Counted from the whole stretch's first letter, positions 51,485 through 61,604 are shown. The stretch is 61,604 nucleotides of DNA, filler included, from Choristocarpus tenellus KU-1152 (GCA_964200185.2; 10 parts of 10 records of this genome joined end to end with filler, not necessarily neighbours in it), one strand, 5' to 3'. A program made the numbers and translations. The notes: generated from the sequence alone by a model not told the origin.

Positions 51485-54400
51485 ATGGGCCACTTCCTTG
51501 CAAGGCATTTGTTCGTAATCGCCTGGTTAGGCCCATTGTGGCTGTTCATAGGGAATGCAGCACCTATTAATATTTTGGGATATGTCCCTGATACTGAAGA
51601 TAGTTATTTCAGTCTATCGGAGGGCTTAACATCTGCACTGCGCCTTGCTGTGGAGGATGTTAATGCCCATGGAACAATACTCAATGGTACACTAAATTTG
51701 ACGCTTGTACCTACCAATGGGGTGGAGATTACTGCTCTTCGTGAGGCGTGCGTCAGGTTAAAAGAGGGAAATGGGGCCTTTGGAGCCGTTGGCCCCTTGA
51801 GACCCAGCGACGCATCACTGCTAGCTTCCGCCTCCAGCTCGTACGCGGCCCTTCCTCTCGTCACATATGGAGCTCCCACAGCTACTGATGATATTGCTGG
51901 AGAAAGCAGAAGTTATCTGTTTCAAGTGCAGCCTGATGCATATGCGCAGATGACGGCTATGGCGAACCTTATCGTAGAGATGAAGGCTGCAAGAGATAAC
52001 TTGACGGACACTGTATGGCCGGAGGTGTGCTTCGGTTAGGTACTAGATGTGACAGGGGGTAGTGCTGTGATCAGACTGTTCTTGCATTTGTGTACTTGAA
52101 CAATAGTCTTTCACCATTTTCGCTTTTCCCGCACCATTTATTCCTTATTCGTCTAACGATCTTCCCACAGGAAAACATTGGAGTGGTGACTGTGGGAGAA
52201 TACGGTAAAGGAGCCCTCGACATTCTGGAGTCCGTAGTATTGGATTTTTCAACCACAAACAAGACCGAGAACTTCTCTATCAAGCAAAGGCAGGCTTATC
52301 TTACCCTTTCTACGTAGTATGAAATTTACGATGAAGTCTTTGCGGGATAAAAAACAGTTAGAACAGCCCTGCACAGGTGTTAAGTGTTCGGGCATAACTG
52401 GGTCAGCTTTGAATTAAACTCATGGACCAGGTACTGCAATTGAAATGCTACCGTTTAGGGGGGATATTTACTTCCCCTTCGAATAACATTTACTTCAGTA
52501 TCGCTATTTGTGTTGGAGCTCGTGATCCCGTTCTTTCTCTGCCCCTGCGTCTTTTTTGTTGTCTTGTATTGATGCGACTATCTCTTGCAGTGCAAGCATT
52601 GCTGAGGACGCCATCTCGTCAATCGTGGCCGCAGACATCACAGGAGCGGTGACAGCCATGAAGCAATTCGACATTTCCATCATTGTCGTGTTGGCCGAGG
52701 GTAACAATGCTGGGATAGTCCGTGAGTTACTCCATGAGGTAGGTGCAGCGTGTGTGGTTCGCGCGATGGGAATCGAACCTACGCTACCATGGTCACGTAG
52801 AATGGACTGCTGTGCTGAGTAGGACGTTATGCCGAATTGTCTCCCCTTATTGTCTAGCGCAACCATACTGCCTTGATTACATATCTGTGCAGGTTTTTTT
52901 GTCAGTTACTGTCTCGTTTTTCAAGATATGGTGCTCTTGTGTTGTTGCTCTGAGCCTTGGCAATGCCTTTCTCTGGTTGAAACTCCCAATGGATGCCTGT
53001 TGTTGTGGTCAGTGCTAGTGTTAGGGTTCGAGCAAAGCCCTTTACTTGGCGCTCATAACCTAATGAGCACCTTCAAACAACAATCCCATCTGTTGCATTC
53101 GGGTCACAACCCCTCTCAGTTGCTGACCCTATCTTTGACTCTGCCCAGGCGCAAAGCAAGAACCTGCTGTCTGAAGAAGTTCAGTGGTACTTTGCTGATG
53201 GAGTAGCATTCGATGGGGTTTTTGATGTCAATTCCACATACCGCAACACCCAGCTTGCATATGACATGCGTGGATCGCTGGGGTTGAGGCCATGCTACCC
53301 ATCCACAGGTGCGCCGTCGTGTTTTATACCGACCAGGCCTAATGTTATAGGGTCATTGAGTTGTGGCTTTGGCGGTGAGTAGCCCCGGCTTCGATGTGGA
53401 AGAAGCTAGTGCCCTTGATTCTCTATTCAACATGTTGGTAGCAATCCAGTCATTGATCTAACCAGCTCGCAGCACCTTTCAGTTCAGGTCTCACTTCACG
53501 TTCTCCACACAGGAGGTGCTAGTTCCACTTGTTGCTTCCTCTGTCTCCAACCCCCCCAATATCCCCCATACTCCCCGCCAATTTAGGAGCTGGCAGTGAA
53601 GCAGCGGCTGAGTTGACTGAGAAGTGGGGAACGCTTAATCCCGCAGAGTATCCTGGGGCAGGGGAGCTGTTGGTGGACTCCAGACTGGAACCCATGTATG
53701 CCTATGCATACGACTCGGTGATGATACTGGCCAGGGCGATAGGGGATGCTCAGATAGCTGCTGGCGGAGCGCATCTCCTGCTTCCTTTCTCAGAAAAGTG
53801 TGTTCGGATGGTAGAAAAAAAAGAATGTGTTTTTCTGAGGGTTGCATGCTTTCAAGAATCTAGGGTTAGGGTTGTGTCACGGACTATGAATATACATGCA
53901 CACGTTATATATGTATGTATACATTGCGGAGTGAATAATTGCCTATTTCTTGCATGGATTATTGTGACAGACATTTATTTTTGTGTCTTGACTACTACCA
54001 CTGCTGCTACTACTACTACCACCACTACTACTACTACTAGTACTAGTACTAGTCCTACTACTACTACTATTACCACTACTCCTACTACCACTACCACTAC
54101 CACTATCACTACTACTACTACCACCACCACCACTATACCTACTATCACTACTATTACCACCACCACCACCACCACCACCACCACCTCTAGTAAAAAGTAC
54201 ATGATTGTACCACGAAACCGCTCACCACCATCCCCCTATCACCCCCATTACAGAATGAAGTAAATTGAAGTAGAAATCAGTTTCAAAAACAACGAGTTTC
54301 ATGATAATTTCCGTGTGTCAGAACTTAGGGGTTAGGGATAACTGCATTGGATTGCCTGCACTCTTAACAACATCGCAACGCAGTACCTAATCCTACTTAC

Positions 54401-55797
54401 CGTACTCTTTTTTTTTTAAAGAACCTGCATGCAGTATGCAGTACAGAGTAACACACTTCCTCCCCGACACTTTTGGAAAAAACAAGAGCTCCCACAGCGA
54501 TAATAATAGTAATGATATTATTTCCAGTAACAGTGATAGTAACATCAAACTATGTCTTGTTAATATATCATCTCGATACTTACCCAGTGACCCTTCCGCA
54601 GTGATAATAATAGTGATGATGATATTATTTCCAGTAACAGTGATAGTAATATCAAATGATGTGTTGTTAATACATCGCCTCAATACTTCCCCGGCGGCCC
54701 ACCTCGCGAGCTCCTATATATTCTTAAGGAATCCGGCGCGCAGATATTTTCTTGCAGTATGTGTGTATAGTTCTTGAGGTGTGTAGCTAGCTGTATCCTC
54801 TTATTACTTTGCCTGTGAGGTTTTTTGTATTAAGATGATGTTGTTCTTGCTCCCCGGTTGAATGAATGCTCTGGGTGTTCCTAGCGTTCAATGCGTTTTT
54901 TTGTTACCTATCACACTCTTTCTTATTAAAAAAAATAAATAAATAAATGAGTGAATAAATACGTTTTAAAAAAATAAATAAATAAAAGAGCAAAAGAAGC
55001 TAAGAGGGTATGGGTTTTGCCCTGTTTTTTCCGTTTTGGGGCNNNNNNNNNNAAAATAATCTTATAGATAATGAATAATAAAATATTTTTTCCGTTTTGG
55101 GGCTTGACTTCCCAAGTTTTTTTTTTTTTTGATGACATTTTTTTTCCTTTTCCTACTCCAGAGTGTTTCAGAGTAGGTAAAAAAATGTATACGTTATGAA
55201 AAGGTGTGTCCGGAACAGGGATATTGGCACACTTCCTAACTAAACACACACGATAGCCCGAAATTACGATCAAAATCGTAACATTGGATTTTGACCCCCA
55301 AATGGACGTGGCCGTACCCGTACCCTAGCCCTAACCCTAACCCTAACCCTAAGATATATACTTTGACTCAAAAGCACGTGTTGAAACTGTTCTTTGTTTA
55401 TGATGATGATGTTGTTGTTGTTGTTGTTCCAGCTGCCTGATATTGATGATGATGATGTGGTTGTTGTTGTTCCAGCTGCCTGATATTGATGATGATGATG
55501 TTGCTGTTGTTGTTCCAGCTGCCTGATATTGATGATGATGACGTTGCTGTTGTTGTTCCAGCTGCCTGATAGGTAACGCGTGGGCGCAGGGGGGCCTTGT
55601 GGAGGAAGCCTTGCTGGAGTCTGAATACAATGGGACCACGGGATACATACACTTTGAGAACGCTAGGCGGGACGATGGAACAGGAGCCACCGCGAACCAT
55701 AGAAGCATAGATCACCCCACCTTCTGTGCTGTGAACCTTGTTCCACATGAGGACCTGGGGGCGACTTTTTCGACCTTCAAGACGTGGACTCGAGGAG
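51485..55797 (+). CDS. Receptor with signal peptide and ANF_receptor/Venus-flytrap (PBP type 1) ectodomain (class C GPCR, iGluR or receptor-cyclase type), 5' part
   Basis: Exons 51485-52024 (ALRLAVEDVNAHGTILNG..AVGP..LPLVTYGA..YLFQVQPDAYAQMTAMANLI), 52171-52289 or 52313, 52591-52738, 53149-53308 (QWYFADG), 53587-~53763 (AYAYDSVMILARAI) and 55573-55797 (YNGTTGYIHFE). These are hallmark VFT motifs. The C-terminal part lies beyond the contig. Confidence 0.85.
53991..54186. repeat. Intronic (ACT/ACC)n microsatellite
   Basis: Directly visible. It explains the poly-Thr and poly-Val ORFs. Confidence 0.95.
54988..55369. mobile_element. MITE family A copy with AAAA TSD, an internal 10-N gap and (CCCTAA)n inside its TIR
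   Basis: AAAA|GAGCAAAAGAAGCTAAGAGGGTA ... TACCCTAGCCCTAACCCTAACCCTAACCCTAAGATATATACTTTGACTC|AAAA. Confidence 0.75.
55400..55572. repeat. ~42-bp minisatellite (4 copies) abutting a splice acceptor
   Basis: TGATGATGATGTTGTTGTTGTTCCAGCTGCCTGATA(T/G). Confidence 0.9.
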
Positions 55798-55818
55798 GTG
55801 AGGTGAACCCCAGCCCCT

Positions 55819-56132
55819 GTTGCCTTTGTACCCTTGTTGGTTTTGTTTGTAACCTTGATTGTTGTTGTGATTGTGCCCTTAAGTGTTGCTTTGCTTGTAC
55901 CCTTAAGTGTTGCTTTGCTTGTACCCTTTAAGTGTTGCTTTGCTTGTACCCTCAATTGTTGCTTTTGTTTGTACCCTTAATTGTTGCTTTGCTTGTACCC
56001 TCAATTGTTGCTTTGCTTGTACCCTTAAATGTTACTTTGCTTGTACCCTCAATTGTCGCTTTGCTTGTACCTTTGCTTTGCTTGTACCCTTCAGTGTCAC
56101 TTTGATTGTACCCTTAATTGTTGCTTTTGTAC
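55819..56132. repeat. ~24-bp minisatellite
   Basis: TTGCTTTGCTTGTACCCT(T/C)AA(G/T)TG units. Confidence 0.9.
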
Positions 56133-56454
56133 GGGGGTGTAGACCTCTTGTGATGTTTTTTTTTTTTGAGTTGGTTAGGTGTTTCACGGCATGAGGTTTT
56201 GTGTCATGTGTGCTTGTGATCTCAAGTTTGTTCCTGGAAGGCGGGGTGTTTTTTTTGTTTTTTTTTCCGTAGTTTTTTTNNNNNNNNNNNNNNNNNNNNN
56301 NNNNNNNNNNNNNNNNNNNNNNNTTAATTAATTAANNNNNNNNNNNNNNNNNNNNNNNNNNNNNNNNNNNNNNNNNNNNCAATTGTCATAGGAACAGAGA
56401 GCCTATATACGAGGGGCGCGGTCCCCCCCCCCCCCCACAACAACCAGCCTCTAC

Positions 56455-57114
56455 TTTCCAGTGGCGACAGACTCTCCCCTCCCGCCCCTTGCCAACCCAT
56501 ACACTAAACACGTAATAAATATCGTTGACCCATTACGTCAAATCATGCCTACCCTTCTCGCCAACACCATGCGCAACATGCTAATCGCATATCACACTTT
56601 TCAATGGACCGCACACTGTCCGTGTACACTTGCAATCATCGCCCTCTATTTTTAACAAGTCTGCCAATCAGTAAACTTGAGCAAAACTCCAAATTATTGT
56701 TTTCTTTCATGTATCAACATTGGCCATGCACCGGGTCGCTTGTTGCAGGAATACATAGCACACATACTACATACATGATTCCCCTCACAATAATCAATCC
56801 CTATTTCCCACTGGCGACAGATTGCCCCCTCCCGCCCCTTGCTAACCCATACAATAAACACGCAATAGATATCGTCGACCCATTATGTCACATCCGTGCC
56901 TTCCCTTCACGTCGACACCACACACGACATGGTCATCGCACATAAGCACTTCTTAATTGACCACTCACCATCTATGAACACTTACAATCATCTCGCCCTC
57001 TATTTTCCAGAAGTCTGCCAAGCACCAAACTAACCCAAAACTTTAAGCCCTTGTTTTCATCACATATTGACACTTGTCATTTACCAAACACTTGTTCCAG
57101 GAATAGATAGCACA
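56455..57114. repeat. Diverged ~350-bp tandem duplication upstream of the transposase exon
   Basis: TGGCGACAGA..CCCCTCCCGCCCCTTGC(C/T)AACCCATAC at 56462 and 56812. Both copies end CTTGTT(G/C)CAGGAATA(C/G)ATAGCAC. Confidence 0.85.
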
Positions 57115-59056
57115 GGTCAATCCAAAGAAAATGCCATCACATTGAATCGGTCACAGGATGCTGCCACAGTACCAACAATGACTCCAACACTTACCACCCC
57201 TCCCCTTATATGCACAATCACCACAACCCTTAGGAATGAACGGGCAGGGATGGCAGACAGCACAGTAACACGTCTACAAAACTTCTATACATCGACACAT
57301 TTCAAACACAGGAGATAGTCCACCTCCCAGCTTACAAGATTGACCCTGCTGGACAACATGACCCACGTGTCCCAAACCCCAGTGGCATCAAGTCCATGCA
57401 CAGGTTCTTCACTTGTCAGCTCACCACCGGAGACTCCCGTGCATTGATATACACAGAACTGTCGTGCTACTGCACGAACTGTTCCATCGGCAACCTGGCC
57501 CAATGCAGGTGGCAACTAACCCACATGCCCCCGCTTAAGGAGATAGACCTCGGATCTTCCACGGAAGCGGGAACAGGTGATACGTATCTGAGAAGCCAGC
57601 TGTCGAGGAATAAGAGACAGCTCGCTGAGGGGAACATATGCATTGTTGTGCGGACGCAGCCGTTGGAGTACAATGGTATAGAGTTCTTGCCGTTCACTGT
57701 CCTCTGCAAGGACGCGATTGAATGGAACGCCAGGCACCACTCCAGCTACGGAGGGATGTTCAATGCTGGAGATGAAGTCACCTTTGTCACCGAAGACTTC
57801 GAGGTGCTGAGTGCTAGATTTGTTGATGGAGTGCCAACTATTCCCATGTCACGGACGGACAAGGTGAGAAACGCTTCTTATTGTTATTAAGAGAATAATG
57901 CTCCACAGGAATGATTCCACGTTGTCCATATACAGATGTTACATATCCCTTGATATCCCCTCATACCCAAATAAAATCCTCCCATGACGCCCAACTCTGA
58001 CATCCAAACCAGTGTGATATTCTTTCTCCTCCTCTATAACCGTGAACGTCGACTTTCACGGAATATTTTACAAGTTCCGTAGGGCAAATAAGCGTATCCC
58101 ATTCCTTCATTTCGCTGTCTAAGTGTATCCCCTATCCTACATCAGCTATCTATTCCTCAAAACCAAAATAAAAAAGACCCCTATACAACCAAACAAGGCC
58201 ATTACGCGCAAATACATGCCAATAGCCCAACGCACCAACACAGCCCCTGCAACGAACATCTTTGCGTTGATGCAGGAGGCACAACCGGGTCCCCGCATCG
58301 TGCCCCTTCAGGCTATCATCATCCAAGACTTCACAGACATCCACCACAACCACCTGGACAACACATTCACGATCCTGCCTGGTGAATATCAGAGGTTCAC
58401 CACAGAATCCGATGCCAGGTTTGGTCGAAGAACCAGCTTCATCCTATGCGTGAGTGGGGGTCAATCGTACAGAGGAAGGTCAGCGATGTTCTCGTGGACA
58501 GTTCAGGGGCAACATTTACTCAGTGTCCTACCTTCCGGATGATGGCGAAAAATACTTGCGTCCTCACCTGAGGTCCTACATGACAGAGGATGAGATAGAG
58601 AGGGTGTCGACCAACTTTGAGAGAAGAACGAGAGGGACAGTGCGGAGGCTGCAGCCCAGCGTGTCAGACAATGCCGCTGGTAGATGGTTGACCGCCAGCG
58701 GAAGCGTATTGACATGGAGAAGGATACAGAGAAACATATACTCCTTGCACCGACACTGAGGGCTGTGCCAGATTTAGATGAGGGAGAAACACTCAATGCA
58801 GGTGCCAAGGGCAGAGGACTATACTTCAGATGGGACGATCAGTGGATGCGAGGGACCGTGACCAAGTACCAGCCCCACTACATGATAAAAGTTGGAGATG
58901 AGCGAGTCAGCTACCTCTACGAGATTAAATGGGAGAATGGCGAATTGCGACATATCCAGCTTCTTGTCGAACGATACAGTATAGACCAAGACGCTCCTGC
59001 ACGTGCCTGGTTCTGGACAAGTCCCACTCTGCCCCCATACCAACCAGAGAAACGAC
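57101..59056 (+). pseudogene. Decayed intron-containing DNA transposase (Sola2-like, C-terminal half) with Tudor-like extension
   Basis: Exon 57101-57863: G|IDSTGQSK (candidate third catalytic Asp), GIKSMHRF..LSCYCTNC..C, then LAEGNICIV..F.VLC..YGGMFNAGDEV. A phase-0 intron leads to 58276. The tail contains GRGLYFRWDDQWMRGTVTKY..YEIKWENGE. About three frameshifts are needed. GRG termini and 4-bp TSDs of the associated repeats agree with Sola2. Confidence 0.6.
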
Positions 59057-59204
59057 TTTTTGTCCATTTGGGGTTTGACATCCCACGGGTTTTTAATGAC
59101 ATCCTACCTCCTCCAAAATGTCATTAAAAAAAATATGGAAAGCCAAGCCCAGCCCCAAATGGACAAACAGGGCAAAAATCGTACCCTCTAAGATACTTTC
59201 ACTC
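59057..59204. mobile_element. Rearranged (fold-back) MITE family A copy lacking its left TIR
   Basis: TGTCCATTTGGGG..AATGACAT ... ATGTCATT..CCCCAAATGGACA..GTACCCTCTAAGATACTTTCACTC: the same MITE end occurs in both orientations. Confidence 0.7.
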
Positions 59205-59235
59205 ACATGTTGTACTAGAGAGGTCTGACGATCTC

Positions 59236-59480
59236 TAAGCCAACTTTAATATACATTTCGTATATTAATCCTTCATATCTTCCTGATGAGTTTGTGTATA
59301 TGTGCCCTCATACACAGGCTTTTATTGGCCCGATGGCAACCTGGATTCATCGCCATTAAGCCAACTTTAATATACATTTCGTATATTAATCCTTCATATC
59401 TTCCTGATGAGTTTGTGTATATGTGCCCTCATACACAGGCTTTTATTGGCCCGATGGCAACCTGGATTCATCGCCATTAA
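59236..59480. repeat. 121-bp near-perfect tandem duplication within the subterminal region
   Basis: TAAGCCAACTTTAATATAC...CATCGCCAT at 59236 and 59357. It is single-copy in the 47k homologue. Confidence 0.95.
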
Positions 59481-59832
59481 TTGCGTTCTACCGCCATCCT
59501 CTAACACTCTTACTGACACGTCCCAATCCTTTTTCCTCCCCTCTTCGCGTTGATCAGACCACAGAGAAATGGATAGAAACCTTGCTAAAACTAACAAGAC
59601 GCAGAAGAATCTCGTACTCTGTACCACCATCTTCAGTACAAGTCGAGATTTTCACAACAGATGACCCCTCTGCCACACCCAATCCAAACGGCGGCAACCA
59701 TCCCAGCTCCAAACTTTGAACCCAATGGCAACTTCCCTGAGCCACAGCAACATAGTCTACACCAACTCAAGTGCCAAGCGTAGGTCCTAAAGGCATTTTA
59801 TTCCAAAATACATCAAAAAAAGGACGGTGACA

Positions 59833-59969
59833 GGGTCAAAGTATCTGGGGGGGGTGGTGGTGAGTGAGGGGGCGTCCGTTTCGGTCCCGACGAGTTGCTA
59901 TAATTTCAGAGCAACTCGTCCGAGTCGAAACGGACGCCCTCTCACTAACCATCACCCCCCCCCAGATAC
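59833..59969. mobile_element. 137-bp terminal palindrome with GRG-family TIR arms (outer tip missing)
   Basis: GGGTCAAAGTATCT-G8-TGGTGGTGAGTGAGGGGGCGTCCGTTTCG..GAGTTGCT / AGCAACTC..CGAAACGGACGCCCTCTCACTAACCATCA-C9-AGATAC. Confidence 0.85.
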
Positions 59970-60185
59970 CTAGCATTCGAATGCTGCGTGAGCTTACAGA
60001 TTTTCTACCGACGCCTACATCAATCACACCAACATCTCAACGTTCAAAGAGGGCTCAGCAGAGGGCTCAGCAGAGGGCCATCAGTCGAGGTGACTAAGGC
60101 ATGTCAGGAGAAGCACTAGATACTACCTTGGTGAAGACCCTAGTTGTATGGGAAGTGGGTGGTCCATAATGCTGCATTGGCGTTT

Positions 60186-60516
60186 CCTGATGGAATGGCC
60201 AACACACTGCCACCTGAGCCTCGATCCTCTCGTGAAGCTTTGCAACTGGTGGAAACTGGGGTTTGGGATGAGGTATAAAGGTCATCAGATCATCGTGTAG
60301 TCCAAACCAAATTTGTGTTTGAGAGAAAGGCGAATTCTGAGGGAGAAGTGGCTCAGTACAAAGCCTGCCTAGTAGACATGGGAATCGGGAATCAGGCAAA
60401 TCCCTGGACTTGACTACACAGAGAAATTTGTACCGATGCCCTCGACAAGGGCTTTGCGGTTGGTCATGGCAATCGCTGTATCGGAAGACATGAAACTACG
60501 ACATGCTGATGTAGGA
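60186..60516 (+). pseudogene. Ty1/copia reverse transcriptase (RVT_2) remnant
   Basis: EPRSSREA..ETGVWDEV*..VVQTKFVFERKANSEGEVAQYKACLVDMG/RQIPGLDYTEKFVP..LRLVMAIAVSEDMKLRHADV. It has a stop and a frameshift and is cut by a MITE. Confidence 0.85.
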
Positions 60517-60774
60517 GAGTGAAAGTATCTTAGAGGGTACGAGTTTAGCCCTGTTTGTCCGTTTGAGGCTTGTCTTCCCATGTTTTTTTTAATGGCATTT
60601 TCCTACTCCAATTTTTTTGGAGTAGGTACAATGCATGCGTTATGAAAAGGTGTGACCGGAACAAGGATATTGATACTTTCTAACAAATACGATAGCCAAA
60701 ATTACATCGAATTTGCAACGTTGGAATATGGCCCTCAAATGGACACGACTCTACCCTCTAAGATACTTTGGCTT
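60517..60774. mobile_element. MITE family A copy
   Basis: GAGTGAAAGTATCTTAGAGGGTAC ... CTACCCTCTAAGATACTTTGGCTT. Confidence 0.85.
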
Positions 60775-61028
60775 GACTCGGTCATGTTCTAACTTGGTTG
60801 TACATGACTGGTCAGCGGCCTGGGTCATGTTAAGTAATGACTGCCATGGACTCAGCCATGTTATATCATTTTACCTATGGGTGGGCAGGTAATGTTTTTT
60901 TGACACTCGGACCGGACACATCATGCCATGCCTCACTATTTTCCAAACACTCTGGTTGTATTTGTATCCTATACTACCAGTGTAAGTACTAAATATATTG
61001 AACATGTGTTCGAATGTTCCTAATTTAA

Positions 61029-61246
61029 GGCCAACTTCCAACGTTGCAAATTCGATGTAATTTTGGCTATCGTATTTGTTAGGAAGTATCAACATCCTTG
61101 TTCCAGTCACACCTTTTCATAACGCATACATTTTATCTACTCCGAAAAAATTGGAGTAGGAAAATGTCATATTAAGAAAACATGGGAAAAGAAGCCTCAA
61201 ACGGACAAACAGGGCTAAACTCGTACCCTCTAAGATACTTTCACTC
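61029..61246. mobile_element. MITE family A copy, inverted relative to 60517, lacking one TIR
   Basis: Reverse complement of 60517-60733, sharing the private variants GAGTTTAGCCCTG and CCGTTTGAGGC. Confidence 0.8.
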
Positions 61247-61525
61247 AGTCCATGGTCATCTATCGTTTCAACATGACTGGGATACAGACCAGTCCACAGT
61301 CATATGGCCGACAGTTGGACATGCTAACTTCCGGGACCTGATGGTAAGCCCTGGTTTCAATGTGCTGTCACCTCTGTAGATGGTCCGTATTGTGATGACG
61401 GGGTATTTGTAATTGAGTTGTAGACCACACCCTAGCGACGATGCAGGTGATGACATTGGATCCGATAAGAATATCCGCGAACCACTTGTGAAACCTTGTT
61501 GTTAAGGACTCCTTTTAAGTCCTTT

Positions 61526-61604
61526 AAAGTATCTGGGGGGGGGGGGGGGGTTTCCCCCGGGGTGTCCTTTGGTCCAAAACGGGGAAATTGGTTTTTCAAA
61601 TATC
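61526..61604 (+). mobile_element. Poly-G TIR (GRG family) at window end
   Basis: AAAGTATCT-G16..GTGTCCTTTGG. Confidence 0.6.

Noticed and set aside
59833-59973. Helitron 3' end (hairpin followed by CTAG)
   Set aside because: The homologous palindrome at 47197 ends in a full TIR rather than CTRR, the stem is far longer than Helitron hairpins, and no Rep/helicase motifs were seen.

Overview
This is eukaryotic nuclear DNA, most likely a stramenopile and probably a brown alga. The evidence is intron-rich genes with GT-AG introns, a stramenopile-like SF3B3 sequence and scattered TTAGGG units. It is not one locus: ten contigs are joined by nine artificial 100-nt linkers (N44-TTAATTAATTAA-N44). Host genes are a 21-exon 5' part of SF3B3 (minus strand), the 5' part of a Venus-flytrap (ANF_receptor) receptor gene, the 3' part of a DEG/ENaC-like membrane protein gene, and fragments of a coiled-coil, a membrane and a Cys-repeat protein gene. 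The most notable signal is a DNA-transposon system whose members share 5'-GRGT(C/G)AAAGTATCT termini, with 4-bp target-site duplications (TSDs) in two copies, consistent with Sola2. It comprises: (i) a decayed intron-containing transposase with a Tudor-like and a weak chromo-like C-terminal extension; (ii) a large unknown accessory pseudogene; (iii) a shared ~500-bp subterminal region ending in a 137-205 bp palindrome whose arms are terminal inverted repeat (TIR) sequence; (iv) about eight ~260-bp MITE copies. Eight of the 20 contig or window ends fall in or next to these poly-G termini. Copia and gypsy remnants, other MITEs and several minisatellites are also present. All family assignments are by-eye motif recognition, not database results.
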